This document shows, in pieces, positions 28,855 to 39,615 of a stretch of 64,000 nt of DNA (the stretch's first letter is position 1; each line of letters begins with the position of its first letter). Source of the stretch: Planctomycetota bacterium (GTDB taxonomy: Bacteria; Planctomycetota; Phycisphaerae; UBA1845). The notes under the pieces were generated by a model. That model was not told where the DNA came from. It made no database searches and saw nothing but the letters and a program-made list of their open reading frames with translations. The position numbers and the translations under genes are program-made. The stretch is from positions 17,852-81,851 of the forward strand of contig JBBTCJ010000013.1 in the NCBI GenBank assembly GCA_038043285.1. The letters run 5' to 3'.

Positions 28855-29041
28855 CAGGCTCCCCGGGTGCCGTTCTGGTTTTCATGCCGCATCGCCTAAT
28901 CCTTCCGGCGTTCCCCAACCGTCCGGCCCGTGTGTCACCGACCGGAGCAACAGCCGGGCTGAACCGCGCGTTCCGCGGTGCGCTGCCCAAGGCGCTTCCG
29001 ACAACCTCGCGGCCGCGCCGGCTCGGCCGCCAACGATTTCA

Positions 29042-30721
29042 TCATCGCGCCAGCAGCAACAGCTCTTGCAACAGGTCGTCGGCGGCGCGAACGACGCGGC
29101 TGGAAGCGGAGATTCCCGTGGAGGCTTCGATCAGGGTGATGAACTCCCGGGCAATCTCGACGTTGCTCTGCTCTAATGAGCCGGCAACGATAGCGCCGGC
29201 CCGCTGCGTCTGGGGCGTGGTCAACGTCGCGTCGCCGGAGTTGGGCCCGGCGACGAATACGTTCTCACTCCGCGCGATCAGACCTTCGTCATTGGTGAAG
29301 GTCGCCAGCGCCACCTGGCCGAGCACCTGCTCCAGCTGGTTGGAATAGACGGCGGTGACGATTCCGTCGCGGTCGATCGAGTAGTTGGTCATGATGCCGG
29401 CTTGGGCGCCGTTCTGATTATCCATAATGACCTGCGAGCCGCCGCCGGGGCTTGCTAAACCGGTCAGGCCGCTAAGATCGAGCGAAAACGTCACCGGCGT
29501 CGTCGAGCCTTCGTTGGCGCGGTCGATGGTGATATCCGTTCCGGTGGCGGCGACGAATTGACCATCGGGGTCAAAGCTGACGGTTCCCGTCCCCAGCACC
29601 GGCGAAAGGTCGCTGTCGCCGATGGACTCGGCATAAAAACGCCAGGTCGTGCCCGTGTCACTTTTGGACTCCAGCGCGAAACGCAACCGCACGTCCACCT
29701 TACTGCCGAGCGAATCGTAAACGTTGAAGGTGGTGGTGACGCCCTCTCCGGTGGCGGGAGCGGTAGTCGAAAACGAGAACGGGGCGGTGATGACTCCGGT
29801 CTTGTTGGTCACCGACGTCTCGTCCATCTCGATGGCGTTGATCTCCCCGTAGTTCGATTCGATGACCAGCGCCCCGGCGTCAATGCGCACGCCCGGCGTA
29901 CCTCCGGTGGCGGGGTCGGTGTTGATCCCCAGCACCTCTTCGAGGTAGGCGGCCAGGTCGCCGACGGTGGATCCGGTCGTGCCCACCACAAAGGCGGTCT
30001 CCGGGACGGCCACGCCGCCCTTGGTCGCGGCGATGGTCAGTTCGTCCCCATCCGCGAAGAGGGGCAGATCGCCGGCGTTGACCAGCGAAGTCAACGACGT
30101 GGACTCCGTCGCCGCCGAGCCGGAGGACGTACGCAGCACGCCGGAGGTCACGATCGCCCCCGCGGCTGATCGGGCGGTCTGCGGATCGAGCCGCCCGTCC
30201 ATGACGGCTTCAGTGGTTGAGATCGCCTGACTGGTGGTTCCCAGGGGGACGACCAGATTTGCAAGCGTGTTGACGTCGACATTCCCTTCGGCGTCGGCGA
30301 CGAAGACCTGTAAGGGCGACCCGTTCGACGAAACCATGGTTTGCGTTGCGTCGAGGTGAAAGGCGCCGTCTCGGGTAAAAAGATTCTCGCCGGTCGGAGC
30401 GCTGAGCACGAAGAAGCCGTCGCCGTCGACCCCAAGATCACTCTGAAGACCTGTGGGGTCCAGGCTGCCCTGTCGAAAGTCGCGCTGAATGGCCGCCACC
30501 TGAGAACCCGTTCCGATCTGCCGTGGCAGCGTGCCGCCCGAAGTGTCGCTGGGGGCATCGCCCTCGTGGATCGTCCGGTAGAGCAACGTCTCGAAAAGCG
30601 TTCGCTGATTCTTGAATGCGGTGGTGTTCAGATTGGCCAGGTTGTCGCCGACGGTGTCGACGCTGACCGAATTGCTTTTGATTCCGGTGAATCCAGTGAA
30701 CATGGCTCCGGTAAGGGACAT
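29042..30721 (-). CDS. flgE: Flagellar hook protein FlgE
   Basis: N-terminal rod/hook motif GIKSNSVSVDTVGDNLANLNTTAFK. C-terminal LEQSNVEIAREFITLIEA. 559 aa. Confidence 0.95.
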   Translation of the reverse strand: MSLTGAMFTGFTGIKSNSVSVDTVGDNLANLNTTAFKNQRTLFETLLYRTIHEGDAPSDTSGGTLPRQIGTGSQVAAIQRDFRQGSLDPTGLQSDLGVDGDGFFVLSAPTGENLFTRDGAFHLDATQTMVSSNGSPLQVFVADAEGNVDVNTLANLVVPLGTTSQAISTTEAVMDGRLDPQTARSAAGAIVTSGVLRTSSGSAATESTSLTSLVNAGDLPLFADGDELTIAATKGGVAVPETAFVVGTTGSTVGDLAAYLEEVLGINTDPATGGTPGVRIDAGALVIESNYGEINAIEMDETSVTNKTGVITAPFSFSTTAPATGEGVTTTFNVYDSLGSKVDVRLRFALESKSDTGTTWRFYAESIGDSDLSPVLGTGTVSFDPDGQFVAATGTDITIDRANEGSTTPVTFSLDLSGLTGLASPGGGSQVIMDNQNGAQAGIMTNYSIDRDGIVTAVYSNQLEQVLGQVALATFTNDEGLIARSENVFVAGPNSGDATLTTPQTQRAGAIVAGSLEQSNVEIAREFITLIEASTGISASSRVVRAADDLLQELLLLAR

Positions 30722-30799
30722 TTCGCATCACCTCAATGCCCGGCCGCACGGATGCGGCGGGGCGGATTTCGTTGGAGAAAACGGTTCTCAGCTCGCCCG

Positions 30800-31405
30800 C
30801 TATTCTTGCACTTGCATCACGTTCCTCAAGGGCAGGCGCTCGCCGGTGTCTAGTTCGAGGGTCACTTCTCCGTTTTCAGCGGAGACCCCCGCGACCACGC
30901 CTTCGAGGAGCTTCGGCTCCTTGGGATCGGCAAGGTCCAACCCGGCCACCGTCTTGCCCAAGAGCGCTTCCGCCGCGGACTGCGGCGATTGGATGAGGGC
31001 CACTTGACTGAGGGGCAGTTCCGACCCGTTGGACAGTTGCAGCACAACCTGTCCGCCTTCGCCGAAGCGTACGCCGAGGACCATGCCCGTGGAGACAAGG
31101 CCGTCCTCACCCGGCGTTCCTGTCACGTGCTGTCCCAGCAGGGCCGATGCGGAGGTAAACGATTGTTGCCCGGTAAGCGAGCGAAGCGAATCCGTCAGCG
31201 TCGACGAAAGCTCGATCTCCCGGATCGAGGCGATCTGGCGAAGAAGCTCCTCGTTGTCGGTCGGCTTCATCGGATCCTGATTGGTCAGCTGCGTGATAAG
31301 GAGCTTGAAGAAATCGTCGGAGCCGAGGCCGGCTGCTCCCCGCGCCGACGGCGCGGAAGGTGATGCGGCGTTTGCCCCGACCGGCTGGGTTGCAGTGACT
31401 GGCAC
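30800..31405 (-). CDS. flgD: Flagellar hook capping/assembly protein FlgD
   Basis: DDFFKLLITQLTNQDPMKPTDNEELLRQI. Confidence 0.9.
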   Translation of the reverse strand: MPVTATQPVGANAASPSAPSARGAAGLGSDDFFKLLITQLTNQDPMKPTDNEELLRQIASIREIELSSTLTDSLRSLTGQQSFTSASALLGQHVTGTPGEDGLVSTGMVLGVRFGEGGQVVLQLSNGSELPLSQVALIQSPQSAAEALLGKTVAGLDLADPKEPKLLEGVVAGVSAENGEVTLELDTGERLPLRNVMQVQE

Positions 31406-31501
31406 GCGAGACCTCCATCCTTCATTAGACGGGCCGACGCAAGCTCCGCCCGCGTCGCCCGGTGAACTCGTCTTGCGGCAAGACGAAAGTCCGCCCGACG
31501 G

Positions 31502-33115
31502 TCAAGCCATGAAATCAAGCCGTCGGTCCCCGACGGCGGAACGGACTGAATGTTCCCCACCACCCGACGTGAGCGCCCCTCGACGCCCAATGTCGGGTTC
31601 CTTTCGAACCGGACCGGCATTCCTCCCCGGCTCGTGCCTGGGCGTCGGCGGCTGAAGCGGATCTGCCGCGCCCCCGGCCGCGACCTGCGAGGCATCGACC
31701 GGCATCGGAAGATTTAGCCTCACATCGAACCGTTCGACCTCGATCCCGTGTTGGCGCATCGACGTCTTGAGTTGCTCCGCACGATCCGTCAGCAATGCGC
31801 GGGCGGATTCAGTTTCAGCCTGAACGTCCACAAGCAGACGCTGCCCGGTGAGCCGAACGTCCACGCGAATTCGGCCCAGCTCCGGCGGCTCCAGACGGAT
31901 CCGCGCCGACGAATGGCGATCGCTGGTTCTCAGCCGGATGGCGTTCACCAACGATTCGAAGCTTCTGGCCTCCGGAGGGCGAAGATCGTCCGCCCGCGAG
32001 CGAGGCAAAGATTCACCGCGACGCGGCGCAGGTTGAGACTGGCTCTGGGCCGGTCGATCAGCGGCGGTTCGGTTCTTCACACCAGCATCGACCGGGGAAA
32101 TCGAGGATCCCGCCTCGCCGGCACCAACGCCGCCGAGCGCCTTGGCGACCTGTTGGGCCAGGTTGGGTGAACCTTGTCCCGCGGCGTTGCCCGCGGCTCC
32201 GGGAGGGACCGAGTCGCGGATCGGCGGTGAACCAGCGGGAGACGCTGGACGAACGAAAGCATTCGCGCGCGAGGCCTCATCCGCACGGGATCCGGCTTGT
32301 TTCTCCGATGGAACCGACGGTAAAGCCCGCTCCGGGGGCGTTGGATTCCCGACCGACGCTCCCATGGTCGAGGGCGGCGGACCGAGCGATGATGGATGAT
32401 CAAGAACCGCCGCGCCGCCGTCAGCTGCTTTGTGAGACGGTGGCGGCTTGGAGGCGGCGTGATCCGAGGTCGGCGCGGCCGAGGAGTTCGATATCGCCTC
32501 GCTGCCGAATTGCTCTCGCTGCTCCGCGACGTTCGCTCGGTTCTGGTCGATGGCAGAACGGTATTGTTCCTGAAGCTGCGTCGCGCGAAGGTCATGTCCG
32601 TCGGCGTGGGGGGAATCGAACATCGCCCGGGTACTTGCATCGGCGTCTCGGCGAACCTGTTCACCAACGACGGGGGACGCCGCATTCAGCAATGACGCGA
32701 ACGTTGGCGCGGTTGGTGCAGACGGCTCTTGGTCGGCAGAGACGCGCGTGGCCGACCGGCGGCGAGATGTCGCCGCCGTCGGCTGGTAGCCGACGCTCCG
32801 CGTCATGGAAAATTGATCTTGTGATTCCGCGACGATCATGACGGTCCCTTGGTCACGCTCCCACGATCGCTCCGCACGGAACGCTTGTGGTGATCGGTTG
32901 ACTCCCTCTCCACTTGTCGGCCAGTTCCACAGTTCCGAAATAGCGGCACCGTCGCACTGAACGCGCAAGACGTCCGGCGGTCGTCGATGCCAGGCGGCGA
33001 AGGATCTCGACCTTTCTCCGGAGCTTCCGGATCCCGGAGATTCTTCGATCAGCGCCGGCGACCTCGGTACGGCGTCCTTTGCCGTTGCGTATCCCTTGCA
33101 CGTCGCCGTGTTCAC
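31502..33115 (-). CDS. fliK: Flagellar hook-length control protein FliK
   Basis: Pro/Ala/Ser-rich body. C-terminal FliK domain: IRLEPPELGRIRVDVRLTGQRLLVDVQAETESARALL. Its GTG start overlaps the upstream stop (GTGA). Confidence 0.75.
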   Translation of the reverse strand: MNTATCKGYATAKDAVPRSPALIEESPGSGSSGERSRSFAAWHRRPPDVLRVQCDGAAISELWNWPTSGEGVNRSPQAFRAERSWERDQGTVMIVAESQDQFSMTRSVGYQPTAATSRRRSATRVSADQEPSAPTAPTFASLLNAASPVVGEQVRRDADASTRAMFDSPHADGHDLRATQLQEQYRSAIDQNRANVAEQREQFGSEAISNSSAAPTSDHAASKPPPSHKAADGGAAVLDHPSSLGPPPSTMGASVGNPTPPERALPSVPSEKQAGSRADEASRANAFVRPASPAGSPPIRDSVPPGAAGNAAGQGSPNLAQQVAKALGGVGAGEAGSSISPVDAGVKNRTAADRPAQSQSQPAPRRGESLPRSRADDLRPPEARSFESLVNAIRLRTSDRHSSARIRLEPPELGRIRVDVRLTGQRLLVDVQAETESARALLTDRAEQLKTSMRQHGIEVERFDVRLNLPMPVDASQVAAGGAADPLQPPTPRHEPGRNAGPVRKEPDIGRRGALTSGGGEHSVRSAVGDRRLDFMA

Positions 33116-33819
33116 GGTGTCGCAGCGCCACCGGGTTCGACGGCGCCAAGGAACTCCCGGTCCTTCGGCGGCGACTTCGCCCCCACCTCCCGGATTCGCT
33201 GCAGAATCGCCTGCATCTGCGACATCTCGCTGCCTCGCTTGGCCGCCTCGACGATTTTTCTTGCTCGGTCCGCGTCCAAGGCGGTAAGAACCTTGGCCGC
33301 CTCCTCGGGGTTGTTCATCGATATCAGATGCTGTACGGCCACCTTGGGCGACAAGGCCTCGAAGATGGCGATTTGCTTTTCGAACCCCTCGTCGCGGACC
33401 AAGTTGCGGGTCTGTTCGTCGCGGCGAACGGCCGCCTCGCGCTCGGCCTTGAACTCCTCGCGCTCGGTCTTGACCTTGAGCAGGATCGAATTGCTCAGCA
33501 CGAGGCGCTGGTCAAGCTCGACTTTGACGCGCTCCGCCTCCCGCTGGAGGATTTCAATGTCCATTTGCGCCTCGGCGTCGGCGTTGTCGACCTGGTCGGT
33601 TCGGGCGAAAAGCCCCTTGGGCAGGACGACCGGGGGCGGTGCGGCCTGCATGAGTTTGGCGGCTGATTCGCCGCGAAGGGCGGCCAACACCCGACGACCT
33701 GTTTCCGCGGTCAGCGCGCCCGTGCCCACGAGGTAGGCGGCCACGCCCAGCAAGCTGATGACGTTCAACACCACGAACAACGCCGCCAAGTCCCAGGTTT
33801 TGCGAATCGCCCCGCTCAT
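33112..33819 (-). CDS. MotE/YlxF-like flagellar protein (MgtE_N-type helical domain)
   Basis: N-terminal TM, a coiled-coil stretch, then IFEALSPKVAVQHLISMNNPEEAAKVLTALDADRARKIVE. Occupies the ylxF slot between fliJ and fliK. Confidence 0.6.
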   Translation of the reverse strand: MSGAIRKTWDLAALFVVLNVISLLGVAAYLVGTGALTAETGRRVLAALRGESAAKLMQAAPPPVVLPKGLFARTDQVDNADAEAQMDIEILQREAERVKVELDQRLVLSNSILLKVKTEREEFKAEREAAVRRDEQTRNLVRDEGFEKQIAIFEALSPKVAVQHLISMNNPEEAAKVLTALDADRARKIVEAAKRGSEMSQMQAILQRIREVGAKSPPKDREFLGAVEPGGAATP

Positions 33820-34313
33820 CGGACGACCTCCGCGCCGGCTTCGGCGCCCTGGACCTTGTCGCTGGCCAACGACCAGGATGCGATGCGCAGCGCGACCTCG
33901 TCATCCACGGCCTGTTCCTCGCGGCGCAATTGATCGAGGTGTCCGCGCCATTGACGCTCCTTGAGCTTCTCGATCACGCGAAGCTTCGCCGTAACCTCGC
34001 CCAGCCGGCAACGCTCCCCGTCCAGCTCCGTCCGCTGTGTCTGCAGCGTCTCTCCGAACTCCTCCTGCTTTCGCATCAGCCAACCGTGAAATCGGTACTG
34101 ACAGCGCAATGAAGCCACGTCGAGCAATCCAGCCGACTGCGCCTCGCGCGTCGCCTCGGCGTTCCGAGACCGCGCGGCTTGCAGTCGAGCGACGGCCTGT
34201 TCGGTGGCCGTGACCGTCCGCGCCGAGTCCGCGACGCGACGACGTTGCACGTCGCGAGCCTGCTCCCGCAGCTTTCGCACGAACTCCAACCTGAACCGGA
34301 ACCGCTTGGCCAT
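33816..34313 (-). CDS. fliJ: Flagellar export chaperone/stalk protein FliJ
   Basis: 165-aa coiled coil. FRFRLEFVRKLREQ...VIEKLKERQ. Sits after fliI. 4-nt overlap with the next gene. Confidence 0.75.
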   Translation of the reverse strand: MAKRFRFRLEFVRKLREQARDVQRRRVADSARTVTATEQAVARLQAARSRNAEATREAQSAGLLDVASLRCQYRFHGWLMRKQEEFGETLQTQRTELDGERCRLGEVTAKLRVIEKLKERQWRGHLDQLRREEQAVDDEVALRIASWSLASDKVQGAEAGAEVVR

Positions 34314-34418
34314 AGCCTTCCCAACTCGGTGAAGCTCTCCTGGCCGTCTGCCAAGCCAAGGAGTCTCGCCATACGGCGGCTCGCCCGAGCTGAAGCCCGC
34401 GGCTCGGTGTCGAGCGTC

Positions 34419-35792
34419 CTAGGCGCGCTTCGGTGCGGCGTCCGCCGTCGGCTTGCGCGACAACTCCTCCCGAACGGATCGAATCCGCGTGTTCAATTCA
34501 AGCAATGCACCACGCGTCTGATCGAAACCCGGACGCTCCTCCATCCGCTGCTGCAAAAACGTGTCGATCGCCGGTTTCGTCCGAACCGCTACGTCGAACT
34601 CAACATTGCTTCCCGGGGCGTAGGCCCCGACGTTGACCAGATCCTCGATGTCCTTCCAGACCGCCAGCACCTTCCGCACCTCCGCCGCCGCGGCGCTGTG
34701 GTCCGCGTCCACCACGTCGCGCATGAGCCGGCTGATGCTTTCCAGCACCGCGACGGCCGGGTAATGCCCGCGGTTGGCTAGGTCGCGCGCCAGCCAAAGG
34801 TGCCCGTCCAGCACGCCGCGAATGGCGTCGGCGATCGGCTCGGTCAGGTCGTCCCCTTCGACGAGCACGGTGTACAACCCGGTGATGCTTCCCCGATTCG
34901 TGCGTCCGCTGCGTTCCAACAACTTGGGCAGCAGGCTGAACACGCTGGGCGGATAGCCTTTGGTGGTCGGCGGTTCCCCGGCGGATAGCCCGATCTGCCG
35001 TTGGGCCATCGCCATACGCGTCGTCGAGTCCATCAACAAGAGGACGTCTTTGCCCAGATCGCGGAAGTATTCGGCGATCGCGGTGGCGACAAAACCCGCA
35101 CGCACGCGGAGCACAGGCGACTCGTCGGAGGTGCTGACCACGAGGACGGTTCGTTTCATGCCCTCCTCGCCCAGATCACGCCGAATGAAATCTCCGACCT
35201 CTCGTCCGCGTTCTCCGACCAGGGCCGCGATGGTCACGTCCGCGGCCGTCGATCGCGCGATCATGCCCAGCAAGATGCTCTTTCCGACGCCGGTTCCGGC
35301 AAAAATCCCAAAGCGCTGCCCGCCTCCCAGGGTGTGCATGGCGTCGATGACCCGAATACCGGTGGGCAGCGGTCGGTCAATCGGTCGCCGGGACATCGCC
35401 CGCGGCGCGTCGCCGAATACCGGATAATGCGCCTCGGTGGTGAACCCGGCCTTCCCACCGATGCGCCGACCAAGGGCGTCGACCACACAGCCGAGCATGT
35501 CGCGTCCTACCGGCACAAACTGAAGTCCCAAGCGGCTGCGCACGCGGTCTTGCGTTCGCACCCCAGTCGGCTCCTGCAGGGTCATCAGCGTAGCGCGGTC
35601 CTCGCGCACGCCGACCACCTGGGCTGCGACGGGTTCCGCGTCGCGTCGCTGGATTTCGCACAGCGAACCGACGGGAAGCGAAAGCCCCTCGGCGGTCACG
35701 GTCAAACCCATGACCTCGACAACTCGTCCCGTGGTCCGCAATGGGAGCGATCGTTCCAACAAACCTTTCTGATCCGCGAAGATGTCAACCAT
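34419..35792 (-). CDS. fliI: Flagellum-specific ATPase FliI
   Basis: Walker A GIFAGTGVGKSILLGMI, Walker B VLLLMDSTTR, then GSITGLYTVLVEGDD. ATG 35790-35792 overlaps the end of fliH by 8 nt. Confidence 0.95.
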   Translation of the reverse strand: MVDIFADQKGLLERSLPLRTTGRVVEVMGLTVTAEGLSLPVGSLCEIQRRDAEPVAAQVVGVREDRATLMTLQEPTGVRTQDRVRSRLGLQFVPVGRDMLGCVVDALGRRIGGKAGFTTEAHYPVFGDAPRAMSRRPIDRPLPTGIRVIDAMHTLGGGQRFGIFAGTGVGKSILLGMIARSTAADVTIAALVGERGREVGDFIRRDLGEEGMKRTVLVVSTSDESPVLRVRAGFVATAIAEYFRDLGKDVLLLMDSTTRMAMAQRQIGLSAGEPPTTKGYPPSVFSLLPKLLERSGRTNRGSITGLYTVLVEGDDLTEPIADAIRGVLDGHLWLARDLANRGHYPAVAVLESISRLMRDVVDADHSAAAAEVRKVLAVWKDIEDLVNVGAYAPGSNVEFDVAVRTKPAIDTFLQQRMEERPGFDQTRGALLELNTRIRSVREELSRKPTADAAPKRA

Positions 35793-36615
35793 CGGCGCCT
35801 CGTGTGTGATCTTCCGCGGCGGTTCCCGGTCCGCGCGCATCACCCTGCCCCAAGGCAGCCCCAGGGTTCGGCAGGTCGGACGCGCCGGTGGAGGCGTCGC
35901 CCAACAGCAATTCCACCAGCTCGTGGAGCTGCGTCTCGAGCGTCGCGTCCACCTCGGTCTTCCCGGTCACGACTCGGCAACCGCCGGGAGCCATCGAATC
36001 ATCCGTCACGAAACGCACCCCGCTCGCCGACTCCGTCAGCGGCAGGAGCTTCGGGGCGAAACGCTCCATGGCCGCAAGGTCCTTGGGATTCGCGTGAATG
36101 ACCAGGTTCGTTCGGGCGTACACCGAGTCCAACGCACGTTCGAGGTTCGCCAGCGCCGACTCGCTGCGGACGTTGCCGATGGCGAACGTCAGTTTTGTGG
36201 CCAGTTGGATCGCAAAGTCCAGAAGGTGCCGTCGCCCCGCGATCTCCAGATCGCGCCGGGTTGCGTCGATCTCGCCCACAACTCGAACCATGTCCGCGAC
36301 CAGGGCCGACTGTTGTTCATTGAACGTTCGCGTGGCGGTTTCGAGAGCTTCGCGGTGCCCTTCCTGCAGTCCGTCCTGCCGACCCTCGCGGTTACCCTTT
36401 TCGTACCCCTCAGCGAAACCGGTATCGTAGCCGTCTCGCTGCGCGTCGGCGCGAATTCGTTCCGCCTGATGCTTCGCCGCGGCAACGGTAGCGGCGGCCT
36501 CGCGCCGCGCGTCGCCGACCACTTGCTTGGCCAGCGCCAGATGGTCGGCCAAGTCGACGGCGGCCAATCGTCGAATCACCTTCCCCGGTTGTCCCGCCTT
36601 GATCACCGTCGACAT
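35785..36615 (-). CDS. fliH: Flagellar assembly protein FliH
   Basis: Sits between fliG and fliI. Central EGYEKGNREGRQDGLQEG and a C-terminal FliH/YscL-like region. Start at ATG 36613-36615. Confidence 0.8.
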   Translation of the reverse strand: MSTVIKAGQPGKVIRRLAAVDLADHLALAKQVVGDARREAAATVAAAKHQAERIRADAQRDGYDTGFAEGYEKGNREGRQDGLQEGHREALETATRTFNEQQSALVADMVRVVGEIDATRRDLEIAGRRHLLDFAIQLATKLTFAIGNVRSESALANLERALDSVYARTNLVIHANPKDLAAMERFAPKLLPLTESASGVRFVTDDSMAPGGCRVVTGKTEVDATLETQLHELVELLLGDASTGASDLPNPGAALGQGDARGPGTAAEDHTRGADG

Positions 36616-36649
36616 CGCACGTCCTCGCGTTTGCCGCGCCGTTCGGTCG

Positions 36650-37690
36650 TCAAACAATCATTGCCTTTTCGCCGCCACGGCCGGAGATGATGATCTCGCC
36701 CGAATCCTCCAGGCGCCGCACGACGTCTACAATTCGCTGCTGCGCCCCTTCGACGTCGGCCACCCGCACCGGTCCCATGAACTCCATGTCCTCCTTGATC
36801 AACTGCGCGGCGCGTTCGGACATGTTGCGGAAGATCTTGTCGCGCAACGGTTCGCTCGCCGTCTTCAGCGCCAGAGACAGTTCGTCGTTCTCGATCTCCT
36901 TCAGCACCGACTGAATGCCCTTGTCGTTGACCAGCAGAATGTCCTCAAAGACAAACATCAGGCGGCGAATCTGCTCGACCAGCTCGGGATCCTGGGCATC
37001 CAGGGCTTCCAGTATCCCCTTTTCCGTCGAGCGGTCGGCGCTGTTGAGCATCTCCGCCACCGATTCAATGCCCCCGACCTTCTGGAACGTCTGCGACACG
37101 ACGCCGGAAAGGCGCAACTCCAACCCCTGCTCGACCTCGCGGATCACCTCGGGATTGGTGTTTTCCATCGTGGCGATCCGTATCACCACTTCCAGTTGCT
37201 TGTTGAGCGGCAGCCCCGCCAGAATATCCGCGCCCTTGGTCGGCGCCAGGTGCGAGAGGATCAGGGCGATCGTCTGCGGGTGCTCGTCCTGGATGAACGT
37301 CGTCAGGTTTTCCGGATCGGTCTTGGCCAGGAACGAGAACGGTTTGCGGTGAACGTGATGTTCGATCAACCGCATGATGTTGCCCGCCTGTTCGGGCGTC
37401 ATGGCCTTCTGCAGGAGCATCCGGGCGTAGGGCAGTCCGCCCTGCTTGGCGTAGGATCGCGCCAGGGCGATGTTGTAAAACTCCTCGATGATCTTCCCCC
37501 GCTCGCGCGGGCCGACCAGGTCGAGTTGGGCGATTTCCCGGGTGATGTCCTCGACGGTAGTTTCGTCGAGGTGGCGGAGAACTTCAGCCGCCACGTCGCC
37601 CTGCATGCTCACAAGCAGGATGGCCGCCTTGGTGACCCCCTTCAGCGCCGGCTTGTCTGGTGACGTCTCGGCTTCCTTGCCCATACCCAT
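36650..37690 (-). CDS. fliG: Flagellar motor switch protein FliG
   Basis: KAAILLVSMQGD, EHPQTIALILSHL, MFVFEDILLV, and a C-terminal torque helix region. Confidence 0.95.
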   Translation of the reverse strand: MGMGKEAETSPDKPALKGVTKAAILLVSMQGDVAAEVLRHLDETTVEDITREIAQLDLVGPRERGKIIEEFYNIALARSYAKQGGLPYARMLLQKAMTPEQAGNIMRLIEHHVHRKPFSFLAKTDPENLTTFIQDEHPQTIALILSHLAPTKGADILAGLPLNKQLEVVIRIATMENTNPEVIREVEQGLELRLSGVVSQTFQKVGGIESVAEMLNSADRSTEKGILEALDAQDPELVEQIRRLMFVFEDILLVNDKGIQSVLKEIENDELSLALKTASEPLRDKIFRNMSERAAQLIKEDMEFMGPVRVADVEGAQQRIVDVVRRLEDSGEIIISGRGGEKAMIV

Positions 37691-37844
37691 TCCTCCGCGC
37701 TCACGGCGTAACCGGACGTCGCGACGGCATCCACCTTGACGCAGCCTCCGCGTTCATCGTCCCGGTCGGTACACACCACAATAGCCCCGCAGCCTGGCGA
37801 CTGCGGAACGGTCTCGACCCGAAACGAACAGTGTGCCCGGGCTT

Positions 37845-39548
37845 CTAATCGTTATCGAGCCAGCGGCGAATAAGGCCCGCCGCGCCCTCGGGATCGGACT
37901 CCACCAGCTTCGAGACTTCTTCACCAAGTTGTTGAAAACGCAGCGTCTGGTCGTCGATCTCCCGGGCGATCAACAGCGTCTCGGAGGTGGCGGCCTTGCC
38001 CACCGGAGACGTGCCCGCGACGAGAAGTTGTTCCTGCTCCTCGTCGGCGCCCTCGGACGACGGCTTGGAACCGGCAGCCTTGGCGGTCTCCACTTCGGGA
38101 AGCGGCGGCGGCTTGGGCACACTGCGGACGATCCGCATCATCATGAACATGCTCACCAGCGCCAGCGTCGCCAGGCCGAGCTGCGGACCATAGTCCCGGG
38201 CCATGTCCATAGCGTCGATCGACTCGGTACGCGCCTCCACCACCGTGGCGACTCCGGGGAGCTGGCTCCAACTGCTTCCACTGGCGCTCCACTCGACATC
38301 CGGGTAGACGTTCACCTGGACGTTCTTGGGATCCTTGGCCATGACGATCCGCTCGACGCCGGCCCGGACCTTGGCGATCTGATCTTCCATGATGCCGGTA
38401 AACTCGCCGTCCTCGTCCTTGGGGTCGCTCTTTTCGGGATACCGTGCCTTGAAGATCCCGACGATGAAGCTCCGCGGGATGCCGATGGCTGCGGTCACCG
38501 ACTTCGGTGCAAACGGTACCTGCTCAACGGTCTCGGTCTCGGCGAGCTTGGGTTCAAAGTTCTCGACGCTCGACTGCTCCGTGGTGCTCGTCGACGCCCC
38601 CGCTCCGCCGGATACCGCCTGTCCGAGATTGGCCTGCACCCCCGGTTCGGCGGCAGGTGACGAGCCGCCTTGTTCACTGCTCTGAGCCGTCTCGATCCTG
38701 GGCTGCGCCGCCTCGTGCCGGAGCTTCTGCATGGTGCGCTTGCTGGAGTCCACCTCTACGGTCACCGCGACCCGCAATCCGGGGATGTAGGCGAGCGCGC
38801 CGAGGATTTTGGACTGCAAGTGGGCCTCACGTTTCTTCTCCATGCTGAACACGTCAAAGCTGGCAAGGTCGTCGGGATGCGGGGTGTTGTACGAGCGGCC
38901 GGTGTTGGTGTCCGTCACGTACACGTTGTGCGGTTTCAGGCCCGCCACCGCTCCGCTGACGAGCTTGGCGAATCCGTCGACCATTTGCTCGCTCAACTCC
39001 TGCCCCGACGCCAGCATCACCGCGACCGAGGCAGTGGGAACGTCCGACTGCCCCCCCAGCCTCCGCTTGCTCTTCGGATTGATGATCACCGAGGCCTGTT
39101 TCACCGACGGCGTCGTGGCGATGATCTTGGCCAGCTCGTTCCCCTTGGCATAGTTTTGCGCATAGTCCCGCGCCTCCGGGGCCGCGAAGGGGTTCTGATC
39201 GCTCACCACCGACGCCATGTCGTACAGGCTGCCTTCGGGAAGCGCGTTGGCGGCGTGAAGGACACGCAAGGCATTGTGCCGGTCCGCGGGACCGACGAAC
39301 ACGCGCGTCCCGCGGATTTCGTAGGGAATATCGTTGGCCTTCAGCGCCTCTTCGGCTCCGTCTAACTCGGAGTAGCTGAAATCGTGGTTCAACAGCGACA
39401 CCGTGTCCGGCAACGTCGACCATTGCATCAGCCAAAGCATGGAGAAGGCCGCCAACACGGTGCAAAGCCCGATGGCCAGCCGTTGCGATACGGTCAACAC
39501 CGACAGCCGCGCGGCGATCTCACTGATGAGTTGTCGTAGACGCTCCAT
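37845..39548 (-). CDS. fliF: Flagellar MS-ring protein FliF
   Basis: 567 aa. N-terminal TM, then LLNHDFSYSELDGAEEALKANDIPYE, and a second TM near the C-terminus (LATLALVSMFMMM). Confidence 0.95.
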   Translation of the reverse strand: MERLRQLISEIAARLSVLTVSQRLAIGLCTVLAAFSMLWLMQWSTLPDTVSLLNHDFSYSELDGAEEALKANDIPYEIRGTRVFVGPADRHNALRVLHAANALPEGSLYDMASVVSDQNPFAAPEARDYAQNYAKGNELAKIIATTPSVKQASVIINPKSKRRLGGQSDVPTASVAVMLASGQELSEQMVDGFAKLVSGAVAGLKPHNVYVTDTNTGRSYNTPHPDDLASFDVFSMEKKREAHLQSKILGALAYIPGLRVAVTVEVDSSKRTMQKLRHEAAQPRIETAQSSEQGGSSPAAEPGVQANLGQAVSGGAGASTSTTEQSSVENFEPKLAETETVEQVPFAPKSVTAAIGIPRSFIVGIFKARYPEKSDPKDEDGEFTGIMEDQIAKVRAGVERIVMAKDPKNVQVNVYPDVEWSASGSSWSQLPGVATVVEARTESIDAMDMARDYGPQLGLATLALVSMFMMMRIVRSVPKPPPLPEVETAKAAGSKPSSEGADEEQEQLLVAGTSPVGKAATSETLLIAREIDDQTLRFQQLGEEVSKLVESDPEGAAGLIRRWLDND

Positions 39549-39615
39549 GTCCTATGCAACCCGCATCCGAGCGAGCCGCTCCGCCGCGGACCAACGCGGT
39601 CCTCGCGACGTCGCG